Notes under the pieces: model-generated | What the model saw: only the letters and a program-made list of their open reading frames with translations | The model's database searches: none | What the model was told of the DNA's origin: nothing | Shown: positions 47,791-59,716 of the stretch, in pieces | How positions within the stretch are numbered: position 1 is the first letter of the stretch | Layout of the letters: each line of letters begins with the position of its first letter | Made by a program: the position numbers and the translations under genes | Source: Azolla caroliniana | Lineage: Eukaryota > Plantae > Polypodiophyta | NCBI GenBank assembly: GCA_043228905.1 | Contig: JBHGNT010000012.1 | Span: 6,324,001-6,388,000, forward strand | Length of the DNA: 64,000 bases | Reading direction: 5' to 3'

Positions 47791-48783
47791 CTCATGCAAT
47801 TGCCAATGAACATGTCGATTTGGTGGTGTAGCAATTGTATGCCCTGACGCTCAAATACTAAAATACTAAAACACATGTCGATTTGGAAGCTGATAAAATA
47901 CTAAAACACACGGTGACATTTCCCCATGATGTTGTTTTGTGAAAACACAAGATTACATCATGTTAATATATTGAAATGTGACGACCATGCACTGAACATA
48001 TAATGATCACATATAATACACAAGGAATATATTTTGACCACTTGAGCACACATGTTACACACATAAAATTACATCACATAATTGAAGAAAACATACGATG
48101 AAAAAAAAGTATGCGCTATTGTCAATTGTTACAGTCTAATTAATTAATTAAGCAAAACATAAAGAATTATAGACCAAGGAAAGGAAAGAGGAACATAAAA
48201 CCACCTTGTGTACCCCATGGCAAAAGTGTGAGACGTACTTGAACCTCCTCGATATCCCATACCATTGAAGGTTGATGTGAGCCGTACCTTGGGTCTTGTG
48301 AGGATCGCACATGCTTAGGTAACGAGAGTCATAGATACATTGTCATAGTCTGAATATAAGTCCAACCCTCTTGATAAGAAGGTAGTCAACCTTCTTATAT
48401 AGCCAAAATTCTTAGGCCCTACTACTCTATCCATACTTTATGTGATGTTTTCAAGTAATAACACACTTAGTAATTATCCGACACTGTAGAATTGAATATT
48501 ACAATTCATACCCTCGTTCCATTCAGAACTAACCTACATGTACTCATCATAAGATTAGGAAAACTACGGAAAACCTATCTCATGATTAGTTATGGTTACA
48601 CACGTAACAATACCTAAGTTTAACACACTTATGTCATCTAGTTTTACAATACTTGAGAGGGTTTCCTTTGCACTATCACTCTTGATGATGTAGTGAAAAT
48701 AGCACGGGTTGTATTATTATCTTGTTTTAATAACAAACATTGATTTACAGAAAGAGAGAGAGAGAGAGAGAAAGGAGGAGGAG

Positions 48784-48826
<43 letters not shown>

Positions 48827-49166
48827 GCAAGTCTAGTGGAGAGGGGAAGAAGAAGCGAAATTGTTTTTATTGCTGCACTCTCTATCGGGAACAGAATTTA
48901 GCATAAAGACATGTGTTAGAAAGCCCTCGATTAGAGCTCTGTAACGAGATATAGCAAGTTAAATTTGGTGGTTTGTGCGAGAAGCATCGATAGAAATAAG
49001 AAATCTTGTGTTATTGGCATCTATGATGATATGGCACGACTCAAACCCATGACTTTACGTTATATGGGTCAAGCTCTTGACCATTATACCATCTATTGTA
49101 ATACATAACATATTATTTTCATTTAAGTTTTATTATAGGAAATTAATGTATATTCCAGATTTCTCT

Positions 49167-49186
49167 AGAACATTCTAGAAGCTTCA
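49167..49186 (+). promoter_or_regulatory. Heat-shock element (four nGAAn units) upstream of the LTR TATA box
   Basis: aGAAc aTTCt aGAAg cTTCa; TATAAAAG at 49206. Confidence 0.7.
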
Positions 49187-52100
49187 GGATTACTTTTGAG
49201 AACACTATAAAAGAAGGTACTAGGCATTATGTTGAACCAAATTGGTTCAACACCAGTCTTAAGCCTCATAGCCATCTTGTACTTACTCTTCCTATAATAT
49301 CATATGTTATCATCATCTCTCTCTCTCTCTCTCAGCCTCACACACACACACACACACACTCTCTCTCTCTCTCTCTCTTCTCTTCTCTTCTCTTCTCTTT
49401 CCTCCCTAGTACTATTCCTGATAGTTTGAACCAAATTTTCTTCTTTAGTCTTTCTTTTGGTTTCCCTCATCCTCTTATCCTTTTTCTATACAATGGCTTC
49501 TGTTAGCGCCCAAGAATACCAATCCGTTTTCTCCGAGCTACAATGTCTAAAAGAAAAATTTGTTGCCTTGGAACAAGAAAACCAATGGTTGTTAGGGGAT
49601 CTTCAACAAATCACCCTAGAAAAACAGCAAACGCAGCAACAACATGGGGAGTTGCAACAACAACATGGGGAGTTAGCGTTAGGTGTGCAACAACTCGAAG
49701 CAGAGTTGCAACAACAAGGATCAAGTCCCCACGGATTTCATAAAGAGCCCAAGATTGGACTTCTTGTGAAAGTTGATGGAACACGATCACAATTTAGGGG
49801 ATTCCTCAATCAGGTATGCTTAGTCATTCAAATGCATCCTTCTTGATACCCCACTGATGCATCCCGAGTCGGCCTAATAGGCACGTTGCTTAGCGGCTCA
49901 GCCTTGACATGGTTTGCTCCGCTTCTGGACAAAATCACATTTAATAACTTTGAAGACTTTATTAGTGAGTTTAAAGCTTGCTTTGGAGATACAGACATCA
50001 TCCGAACAGTGATCAACAAAATCCGATGATTGCATCAAGGCGATTGTCCAACCTTTGCTTAAGCGGCGGATTTCCGTCTACTCGCTTTAGATATCCCCTG
50101 GGATGATCAGGCACTAATGGAGTAGTTTCGTTACGGCTTGCGAAACGATGTCAAAGATCTACTTCTAACCTTCCCCAAAGAACCAAAGTCTCTTAAGAAG
50201 GCAATCAGTTGAGCGGTCCGATGTGACAACCGCCTTTTCGAACGACATTCGGAACGTCAATTACAAATACCACGCTCTAGGCCGGAGCCCACTTACGCCT
50301 CGGTCGTGGCTAAACCGTTTGCACGAGACATACCTCAAGCAAATAATCTGACATCGATGGAGATCTACACCATGCGTCGACATGGCCCGTTATCAGAAGA
50401 AGAAAAACAACGACGACGTCCAAATCGATTATGTCTTTATTGTGGTGGACCAGGGCATCTCGCAATCAATTGTCCCCATAGGCCAAGAAGACAGGTAAAT
50501 CAAATCGTCACATGTACTAAACCTGAGTTAATTCTTCCCTTAGGAGTGTCTGATAGTATTAATAGTACTAATAGCTCAAGTATCTCAAACAAATTTGAAA
50601 TCCTTAGTCAATTAGATGAAGAGTTAAACGATTGAGTCCAGCCAAAATAGGAGTTGTTTGGTTGGACAACCCTAGATATGTATAACCCATTAGTGGTTCC
50701 ATTCCCTCCAAGCAAGTTAGCAATGTGTTCCTAGCCCAAGTCATGGTTAGTACTAAAAGTACTCCCCTAGTACATGTCCTAGCACTTCTAGATTCCGGAG
50801 CTAATTCCTGTTTCATGGATCGAAATTTTTCCCAAGCTTCTCAAATATCCTTAAGAAAACTTCCTTGCCCCGCATCTATAGTAGTCATTAATGGTTGTCC
50901 CATTGCTTCCGGGAATATTGTAGAAGAGTCAGAACCCATTCAAGTTGTCCTAGGTAGTTTTGTGTGTGTAGTAGCATTTAATATAATTAGTAGTCCAGAG
51001 CATCCCATTGTCCTGGGATTACCTTGGTTTGAATTACATAATCCAGACATAGATTGGAGAACAAGAGAAGTCCGACATCGGCAACCCCAAGAATCTACTC
51101 ATCGAGTTTTGACTATTTCACTACGTCAATTACGTGAAGAAGGACACAAGGAGACAATGTTCCTATTTGCAATATCAATACAGCCTTCCAGCACTATTAA
51201 GGAGGAATCCTTAGTGCAACTTCCGACGAAATATCATCCTTATGCCAATGTATTTGACAAGGTAAAAGCCGATACTCTTCCTCATCATCATCCCTATGCT
51301 TGTCCCATCGATTTACAACCAGGAGCAGAGCCACCATGGGGACCAATTTACAACTTGTCACCCACCGAGTTAGAAGTCCTTCGAGCCTACATAGAGGAGA
51401 ACTTGGCAAGCGGGTTTATTCGTCATTCGAAATCTCCGATCGGTGCACCCATCTTCTTTGTCAAGAAGAAAGATGGCTCACTTCGTCTCGTCGTTGATTA
51501 CTGCGGCTTGAATAAAGTTACCATCCAGAATAGGTATGCACTTCCTCTTATATCAAGTCTTTTAGAGCAAGTTAATGGTGCCAAGTTTTTTACAAAAATC
51601 AATCTACGAGGCGCGTATAACCTCGTGCAGATCCGACCGCGAGATGAATGGAAGACCGCCTTTTGCACACGGTATGGGCATTTCGAATATATTGTTATGC
51701 CGTCCGGTCTAACCAATGCACCCGCAGTCTTCCAACACATGGCAAATGATATATTCAGAGACCTCTTGGATATCTGTTTGATCATCTATCTGGATGATCT
51801 ATTCATTTATTCGAAGACCCAGGAAGAGCACGATTCTCATGTACTATTAGTACTAAAACGACTCCGCGAGAATGGTCTTTATGCCAAGCTAGAAAAATGT
51901 TGCTTTGACTGCAAGCAAGTAGAATTTCTAGGTTACGTCATCTCCTCAAAGGGCATCTCCATGGATCCAGCTAAAGTCCAAACTTTGCTAGAGTGGCAAA
52001 TTCCACGGTCGGTACGAGATGTATAATGTTTTCTAGGTTTTGCTAACTTCTACTGCAAGTTTATACAGGATTACTCGAAGATTATTTTACCTCTCACACA

Positions 52101-53507
52101 ACTTACGAAGAAGGGAGATTCAGCATTTCTTTGGTCCAATGAAGCGGACATGGCTTTTTGGCATCTTAAGAAAGCCTTTACATCAGCTCCTATTCTAGCT
52201 CATGAGGATACAAACAAACCATTCATCATGGAGGCTAACGCATCGGATTTCGCCCTCGGTAGCATCCTTTCTCAACAAGGAGATAAAGAAGAGTTACATC
52301 CTGTGGCTTTTCATTCGCGCAAATTCGATGCCGCGGAAATCAACTACGAAATACATAACGAGGAGTTTACTGTTATTAGCCATCGTGGATTCCTTTGTGC
52401 AATGGCGGCATTTCTTAGAGGGCTCTCCACATCAGGTCATCATCTTTAGTGATCACAAAAATCTTGCTTATTTCCAGAATGCTCGGGTGTTAAATCGACG
52501 GCAAGCTCGGTGGGCTCAATTCCTCACGCATTTCGACTTCAAAATCACATATCGACCGGGGAAGTAGTAAGGAAAAGCAGATGCGCTACCACGACGTTCA
52601 TATCTTGCACCTCGTCCTAGTGATCCAACGTTTGATAATCAAAAGCAAGTAAGCTTGGGACCAACACGATTGCACGCAACGCTGATTTTTCACACCCCAA
52701 TGGATTCCCGAATTACCGATGCCATACATGCGAACTTGAAGACAAACAGTTTTGCTCAAGACATTCTGGCGCACATTCATACCTCTCGGGCATCCTGTTC
52801 CCAATCTCAACAACCAGGTATGGACTATCGACAATTCAAATATCATATGATGGTTTGTTATTCTTTAAGAAGCTTGTATATGTCCCCGATTTCTCCTGTC
52901 GCCTTCAAATCGTCCAAAATTGTCACAACACCGATACGACGTTGGATCTCGTTCAACGATCTTTTTGGTGGCCCCATATGCGATGTTTTGTCGACAACTA
53001 CGTTCGAACTTGTGATGCTTGCTGCCGAGCAAAGATGCCCCGACACCATCCATATGGCTTGTTGGAACCCTTACCGATTCCAAGTAAGCCGTGGCAGTCT
53101 ATTTGTCTTGATTTTATCATAGATCTGCCGGTCTCAAAGGGGTTCGATGCTATCTTAACCATCGTCGATCGATATACCAAGATGGCACATTTTGTGCCGT
53201 GTACTAAGGCCATCACTAGCAAGGAAACCATCGCCCTTGTCATGCATGAGGTATTTCGGCATCATGGCCTCCTAGACAGTATCATCAGTGACCGAGGACC
53301 TCAATTCGTCTCCAAATTTTGGCAGCATCTCTTGAAGATGCTCAAGGTCTCTTGCAACCTCTCCTCCGGCTACCATCCCCAGACTGATGGGCAGGCAGAA
53401 CGAACAAACCAATCGCTGTAACAATATCTCCGGTGTTTTTTGAGTTATCAACAGGACGATTGGGCCGAGATTCTCCATTTTGCGGAGTTTGCATATAATA
53501 ATGTTGT

Positions 53508-56500
53508 TGTTACACTTGCGTGTTCCTCTAGTAGCTTTGATGTGAACCATTTTCCCTATACATGGGCACTTTTTACTCTAGTGTTGGCTAGAGGTTTTTT
53601 CCCCATGTTACCACATACATGAGTCACTCATATGTGGTGGTACTTAGTACTTAGGGATATATATTTCAGCTCCTATTTTTTTTAGGAACATTCATCAATA
53701 GAGAGCTATTCCAGCCATTGCCTTCCTTGTGTGAGTGCTTCTTTCTTTGAGCTTCTTGTGTGTTTCCCACTCTTCCTCACATACCCAACAGTGGTATCAG
53801 AGCCAAGTTCTTCATCCTCTCCATCTTCGGTTGTCCGCATCGCGGTGTCGCGGCGCGCGCGCACTTTTCATTGTGCAAATCAACTTCCGAATATAGAGAA
53901 GTGTATTTCAGCACTTGGAGCGCATTTTCAGCAGGTACCCTGCTGTTTTACCCCCATTTCGAAGCCGTTCGTGTAGTCGAAATCGTCATCCGAGTGATAG
54001 TTTGTGAGCTGCATTTTCAGCACTCATTTCCGATTTGTTGAGGTAATATTTTACCACTTTCTTGTTCTTTGGTAAAATGGCAAACAATGGTGATTTGTTT
54101 GGCATGCTTCAAGCTGAAGATAAGCTTGATGGGACAAACTATCCAATGTGGTCCTACATGATGAAACACGTTCTTGTTGCCAAACAACTATGGAACATAG
54201 TGGTAGATGTAGATCGACGCCCCGCCGGTCCTACTACTTCACAGTCTACTATCACAGATACAGGTTCATCTTCGAGCACAGTGACTTCATCTACTCCACC
54301 AACACAAGAGCAACTTAGATGGGATGGAAAAGATGCTCAAGCTCATGCATTGATTGCACTTTCTGTGAAGCGTCATATAGTTCCACATATTCAGTCATGC
54401 TCTACGTCCAAACAAGCATGGGACACTCTTGCTTTGTTGTATGCCGTGCGTAACGAAGCACGTGTTGCATATTTGAGAAAGCAACTTGAGGATGTATATA
54501 TGGCTGAAAATGAGTCGGTAGATGTGTATGTGACACGCATTAAAGATTTGAAAGAGCAATTGGCAAACATTGATGAGATCATTTCGAATACATCACTTGT
54601 CTCTACGTTGTTGAAAGGATTACCCGAATCTTTTCAAAGCTTTGCTACTACTATTCGTTTGGTTGCAAAAGGGAATACGGATATGTACGCATTTGATGAG
54701 GTTGTGTCTCTTCTTTTGCAAGAAGAACAATCTAGAGTGAATAGAAGTGGTTTGATAGAGGGAACACAAGCACTTGCTATCTCACAAAAAGGAAAAGGCA
54801 AGCATGGTTCAGCTTTTGGTTCTTCAAAACCAAAGCCTCAACCTCCCTCTTTCACTTATTCCTCTAATGATGGTGATTTGCAAAAGAAGAAAAGATGCAA
54901 ATATTGTCGAAAGGTTGGCCATACGATTGAAGAATGTAGAAAGCTTGTTAAGCGCAATGAGAAGAAGAAGGAATCCGGCATGACCATTTCTGAAAATGTT
55001 TCAAGTGCAAAGAGTGATGAGGCCAACATGGCTCAAGATTATTGGGCATGTGTTGTTACATATCATTATGATGCATCATTGCACTCTAAATGTATGGTTG
55101 TAAGTGAGATTGATTCGGATTGGTTCTTTGATAGTGGTGCTTCAAAGCACATTACTTCATGCAAAAGTTTTTTTGCATCCTTGAAAGATGCACCCAAAGG
55201 TGGACATGTGGTGTGTGCAAACAATGCCTCTTATCCTATCATTGGAGTAGGAGAAATTGAGCTTTCGGCTGCAAATGGAGGTGTTGTCATCTTAAAGAAT
55301 GTATTGTATGTGCCCGGTATCAAGAAGAACTTAATTTCGGTTCCTTTGATTGCCAAAGCCGGACTTCATGTACATTTTGTTGATGATAAGTGCATGGTTC
55401 ACGATTATAGCAATGGTGATGTTATCGTGATGTCCGGTACATTATGCAATGGCTTGTACCGCTTAGATACATACAAGAGGGCTTCTCTAAATGCCTTGGC
55501 TGTACATACTTCTTCCATGGCTGAAATGGAGCTTTGGCATGCTCGTTTTGGTCACTTGAACTTCAATAGTTTGCTTCACTTGCAAAAGAAGGATATGGTT
55601 ATTGGGTTGCCTACACTTGAGTCCATTGAAAAACATGCATGTGAAGGTTGCATTCTTGGAAAAATGCATCGTGCTTCCTTTCCAAAAGATAGTCATACAC
55701 ACACTACAAGAAAATTACAACTTGTTCATAGTGATGTGTGTGGTCCTGTAAAGACTCCATCTTTTGGAAAGCATGTATATTTTGTTACCTTCATTGATGA
55801 TGCTACTCGTCATACATGGGTGTATCCTATGAAAGCAAAGAATGAAGTCTTTTCTTGCTTCAAATCATTTTTAGCTATGGCTGAAAATTTTTCCGCAAAT
55901 AAGCTCTTGACTCTACGCACGGATCGTGGTGGCGAATATATGTCACATGAGTTTAATGCTTTTCTTTGTGAAAGAGGTATTTTACATCAATGTACGGTGC
56001 CATATACACCTCAACAAAATGGTGTTGCAGAACGCAAAAATAGAACACTCTTAGAGATGGCACGATGTATGGTTAAAGGAAAGCATCTTCCTAACAAGTT
56101 TTGGATGGAAGCGGTTATGTGTGCAAATTATGTGTTGAATCGTTGCCCTACAAAAGCGTTGAGAGTCATTACGCCATATGAGGCTTGGAATGGACATAAA
56201 CCTATGGTTAGTCATATGCGTGTGTTCGGTTGTTTGGCATATGCTCTTGTGCCATCACAACAACGTCACAAACTTGATGACAAGGCAAAGAAATGCATAT
56301 TTGTTGGTTATAGTGCGGAAAGTAAGGGATATCGTTTGTATCATCCATTGACGGACACAATTATTGTGAGTCGAGATGTGGTATTTGCTGAAAATTCAGC
56401 TTTCCCTTTTCTTGAATGCAAAAAACAACCAACAGTTAGCTCACAAGATGTGTTTGATACACTCATGCCTTTGTTCCAAAGTGCTGCGCTTGACCATGGA

Positions 56501-58677
56501 CATGTAGACCAGCCAAGTGAGTCTCAAAGGGATAAAAATTTCCAGCAAATAAGTGTTGAAAATGCACGAAATGTCCAACCAAATGTGGCTGAAAATGAGC
56601 ATGAAATTCAGCCCACGCATGATGTACATATTGAAGATGTATTACATAATGAACGTATGGCTATCGAGAGGTCACAAACTATGCCGAGGTGGCTGAAACA
56701 AACTTTGCAAGATAGCAAATTGAGTGCACCTTTACTTGGTAAAACAAGATCAAGCTCTCGCCATGCATCAGGTAATTTTGTGGATTATTCTATTGTTGCA
56801 ATAGCATGTAATGAGGAGCCACTTACTTTTGAAGATGCATGTGATGATCCACATTGGATGAGTGCTATGCAATCAGAAATGGATTCCATTCATAAAAATG
56901 GTACTTGGGAGTTATGTGAATTGCCAAAAGGAAAGAATGTGATTGGTACTAGGTGGGTTTACACAATTAAACGAAAGCCCGATGGTAGTATTGATCGCTA
57001 CAAAGCTAGATTGGTTGCCAAAGGATATGCCCAACAATATGGCATTGATTATGAGGAAACTTTTGCACCTACTTCACGCATGACTACCATTCGTACCGTG
57101 GTTGCATTGGCTGCCCAAAGAGGTTGGAAAATGCATCAATTGGACATAAAAACAGCCTTTTTAAATGGTGATTTGCAAGAAGAGGTTTATGTGAAGCAAC
57201 CTCCTGGATTTGCTACGAAAGAGAAAGAGCATATGGTTTGTCGCTTGCATAAGGCCTTGTATGGTCTCAAGCAAGCTCCGCGTGCATGGTATGAAAAAAT
57301 CCATAAGCACTTGATTTCTCTTGGCTTCACATGTAGTCCGATTGAAAGCACACTTTATGTACGCAAAGATGGGGCTGATCTTCTAGTGCTCGTTCTTTAT
57401 GTTGATGACATACTCTTGACTGGGTCATGTGATGCAAAACTCGATTTTCTTATGGCTGATTTGCAGCATACTTTTGAAGTCACTTATCTTGGTCTTTTGA
57501 GCTACTATCTTGGCATCCAGTTTGTATCCGTTGAGGGGGGAATGTTTATGCATCAAGGAAAGTATGTTGAAAAACTACTTCAGCGTTTTGACTTTGAGGA
57601 TTGCAAGCCGGTTTATACACCTGTGGAGACAGGATTTAGGTTCTCTGTTGAGGATTCTAGTGATGCGTTTGATACTTCTCTTTATCAACAAGCTGTGGGA
57701 TGTCTTATATATGCATGCAATACAAGGCCGGATATACAGTATGAAGTCTCCCAATTGAGTCGATTCATGCATAGCCCTGGCACTAAGCATTGGCAAGCAG
57801 TGAAACGTGTGTTCAGATATCTTAGAGGCACTTTGAGCTTGGGTCTCTTTTATGGCAGAGATACTCAGCCATGCTTGCATGCTTTTACAGATAGTGATTG
57901 GGCTGGTTGTTATGATACTCGCGTGTCCACTAGTGGTAATTGCTTTTTCTTTGGAAACTCATGTATATCTTGGTTGAGTAAAAAGCAACCTACAGTGGCG
58001 ACATCAAGTTGTGAAGCTGAGTACAGGGCAGTTTTCACAGCTACAGTGGAGTGTATATGGCTAAGACGCCTTTTGATGGATCTTTGCATGGAGATTGAAG
58101 TTGCTACACGTATTCTCACAGATAGTCAGAGTGCATTGGCTGTTGCACGAAATCCTGTATTTCATGCACGGACCAAACACATTGAGGTGCATTATCACTA
58201 TGTGAGAGAGCGCTTTCATGCAGGAGATATTGATTTGGTATATGTGCCTACACAAGATAACGTGGCAGACATATTCACCAAAGCTCTTCCACGAGAAAAG
58301 TTTGAAGCTTTTCGCAAAGCTTTAGGCTTATTGCCTTGTGGGGGCTGATCTGTCACTCCTTGTACATGTTCACATCATTCGCTCCAGGGGGGTTTGTTAC
58401 ACTTGCGTGTTCCTCTAGTAGCTTTGATGTGAACCATTTCCCCTATACATGGGCACTTTTTACTCTAGTGTTGGCTAGAGGTTTTTTCCCCATGTTACCA
58501 CATACATGAGTCACTCATATGTGGTGGTACTTAGTACTTAGGGATATATATTTCAGCTCCTATTTTTTTTAGGAACATTCATCAATAGAGAGCTATTCCA
58601 GCCATTGCCTTCCTTGTGTGAGTGCTTCTTTCTTTGAGCTTCTTGTGTGTTTCCCACTCTTCCTCACATACCCAACA
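53508..58677 (+). mobile_element. Intact young Ty1/copia; LTRs 53508-53790 and 58395-58677
   Basis: 283-bp LTRs with one difference found by eye; perfect TSD GTTGT; PBS TGGTATCAGAGCC (iMet) 53792-53804; PPT AGGGGGG near 58386. Confidence 0.97.
54077..58348 (+). CDS. Copia Gag-Pol polyprotein, uninterrupted
   Basis: CKYCRKVGHTIEEC, WFFDSGAS, WHARFGH..CEGC, RTDRGGEY, PQQNGVAERKN, YVDD, TDSDWAG, ADIFTKAL. Confidence 0.95.
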   Translation: MANNGDLFGMLQAEDKLDGTNYPMWSYMMKHVLVAKQLWNIVVDVDRRPAGPTTSQSTITDTGSSSSTVTSSTPPTQEQLRWDGKDAQAHALIALSVKRHIVPHIQSCSTSKQAWDTLALLYAVRNEARVAYLRKQLEDVYMAENESVDVYVTRIKDLKEQLANIDEIISNTSLVSTLLKGLPESFQSFATTIRLVAKGNTDMYAFDEVVSLLLQEEQSRVNRSGLIEGTQALAISQKGKGKHGSAFGSSKPKPQPPSFTYSSNDGDLQKKKRCKYCRKVGHTIEECRKLVKRNEKKKESGMTISENVSSAKSDEANMAQDYWACVVTYHYDASLHSKCMVVSEIDSDWFFDSGASKHITSCKSFFASLKDAPKGGHVVCANNASYPIIGVGEIELSAANGGVVILKNVLYVPGIKKNLISVPLIAKAGLHVHFVDDKCMVHDYSNGDVIVMSGTLCNGLYRLDTYKRASLNALAVHTSSMAEMELWHARFGHLNFNSLLHLQKKDMVIGLPTLESIEKHACEGCILGKMHRASFPKDSHTHTTRKLQLVHSDVCGPVKTPSFGKHVYFVTFIDDATRHTWVYPMKAKNEVFSCFKSFLAMAENFSANKLLTLRTDRGGEYMSHEFNAFLCERGILHQCTVPYTPQQNGVAERKNRTLLEMARCMVKGKHLPNKFWMEAVMCANYVLNRCPTKALRVITPYEAWNGHKPMVSHMRVFGCLAYALVPSQQRHKLDDKAKKCIFVGYSAESKGYRLYHPLTDTIIVSRDVVFAENSAFPFLECKKQPTVSSQDVFDTLMPLFQSAALDHGHVDQPSESQRDKNFQQISVENARNVQPNVAENEHEIQPTHDVHIEDVLHNERMAIERSQTMPRWLKQTLQDSKLSAPLLGKTRSSSRHASGNFVDYSIVAIACNEEPLTFEDACDDPHWMSAMQSEMDSIHKNGTWELCELPKGKNVIGTRWVYTIKRKPDGSIDRYKARLVAKGYAQQYGIDYEETFAPTSRMTTIRTVVALAAQRGWKMHQLDIKTAFLNGDLQEEVYVKQPPGFATKEKEHMVCRLHKALYGLKQAPRAWYEKIHKHLISLGFTCSPIESTLYVRKDGADLLVLVLYVDDILLTGSCDAKLDFLMADLQHTFEVTYLGLLSYYLGIQFVSVEGGMFMHQGKYVEKLLQRFDFEDCKPVYTPVETGFRFSVEDSSDAFDTSLYQQAVGCLIYACNTRPDIQYEVSQLSRFMHSPGTKHWQAVKRVFRYLRGTLSLGLFYGRDTQPCLHAFTDSDWAGCYDTRVSTSGNCFFFGNSCISWLSKKQPTVATSSCEAEYRAVFTATVECIWLRRLLMDLCMEIEVATRILTDSQSALAVARNPVFHARTKHIEVHYHYVRERFHAGDIDLVYVPTQDNVADIFTKALPREKFEAFRKALGLLPCGG

Positions 58678-59666
58678 GTTGTTCACTCCTTGACTTGGGT
58701 CTCCCCATTTTACGCTTATATCGGTTCTCATCCTCGTTGGTCGGTGATCGTCACCCCGGAGCTACCTACCAATCCTCGTGTTGAGGATCATTTGGAGTGG
58801 CTACGCAAGATCTAGATGGATCTCTCTACTTATCTTCGTCATGCTCAACACACAGAGAAGACTTATGCGGATCGTCATCGGCTTCCCTCCTCTTTTGGCA
58901 TCGGAGATCGAGTATGGCTCTTACGTCGGCACATCAAGACTACTCGACCGTGCGACAAGTTGGATTATCGACGACTCGGTCCTTTCTGTATTACTAATAA
59001 GGTTAATGATGTCACGCTCCACCTTGATCTCCCTCCGCATCTTCAGATACATCCAATTTTCCATAGCTCTCTTCTTGAACCTTATAAAGCAAACACGATT
59101 CCCGATCGTGTTACACCACCACTGCCCCCGCCGCCCCCACTTGAGTTGGAAGTCGGCCTGGAGTATGAAGTTGCTGCCGTCCTCGATTCCAAACTTGTTC
59201 GCAACAAACTTTATTATTTGGTCAATTGGCTCGGCTATAGTCCAAGTGAACGTACTTGGGAACCCGTCGAGCATGTCGCCAATGCTCCGGATCTTCTTGC
59301 TGAGTTCCACCGAAAGTATTCGAACAAACCCGGTCCACAATCAACGCCAACTCGTTCCACTCGTCGTCGTAAGGGGGAAATAGTGTCATGATATGTCAAG
59401 ACTCGAACCCATGACCTTATGTTATATGGGTCGAGCTCTTGACCATTATACCATCTATTGTAATACATAAGATATTATTTTCATTTAAGTTTTATTATAG
59501 GAAATTAATGTATATTCCAGATTTCTCTAGAACATTCTAGAAGCTTTAAGATTACTCCTGAGAACACTATAAAAGAAGGCACTAGGCATTATGTTGAACC
59601 AAATTGGTTCAACGCCAGTCTTAAGCCTCATAGCCATCTTGTACTTAGTCTTCCTATAATATCATC

Positions 59667-59716
<50 letters not shown>

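Larger units (their letters stand above)
49492..59391 (+). pseudogene. Chromovirus gag-pol with multiple premature stops, integrase interrupted by a copia
   Basis: ORF fragments 49457-49846, 50306-50635, 50725-52026, 52150-52567, 52855-53421, 58816-59391. Confidence 0.88.

Noticed and set aside
48931-48964. TTAGAGCT...TAGCAAGTTAAAT resembles the Cas9 sgRNA scaffold
   Set aside because: No nexus or terminator hairpins, no spacer/promoter or vector context; best explained as chance similarity in a repeat relic.
59400-59460. Functional tRNA genes at the A/B-box modules
   Set aside because: Acceptor, D and T stems do not pair properly; only boxes and spacing are tRNA-like.
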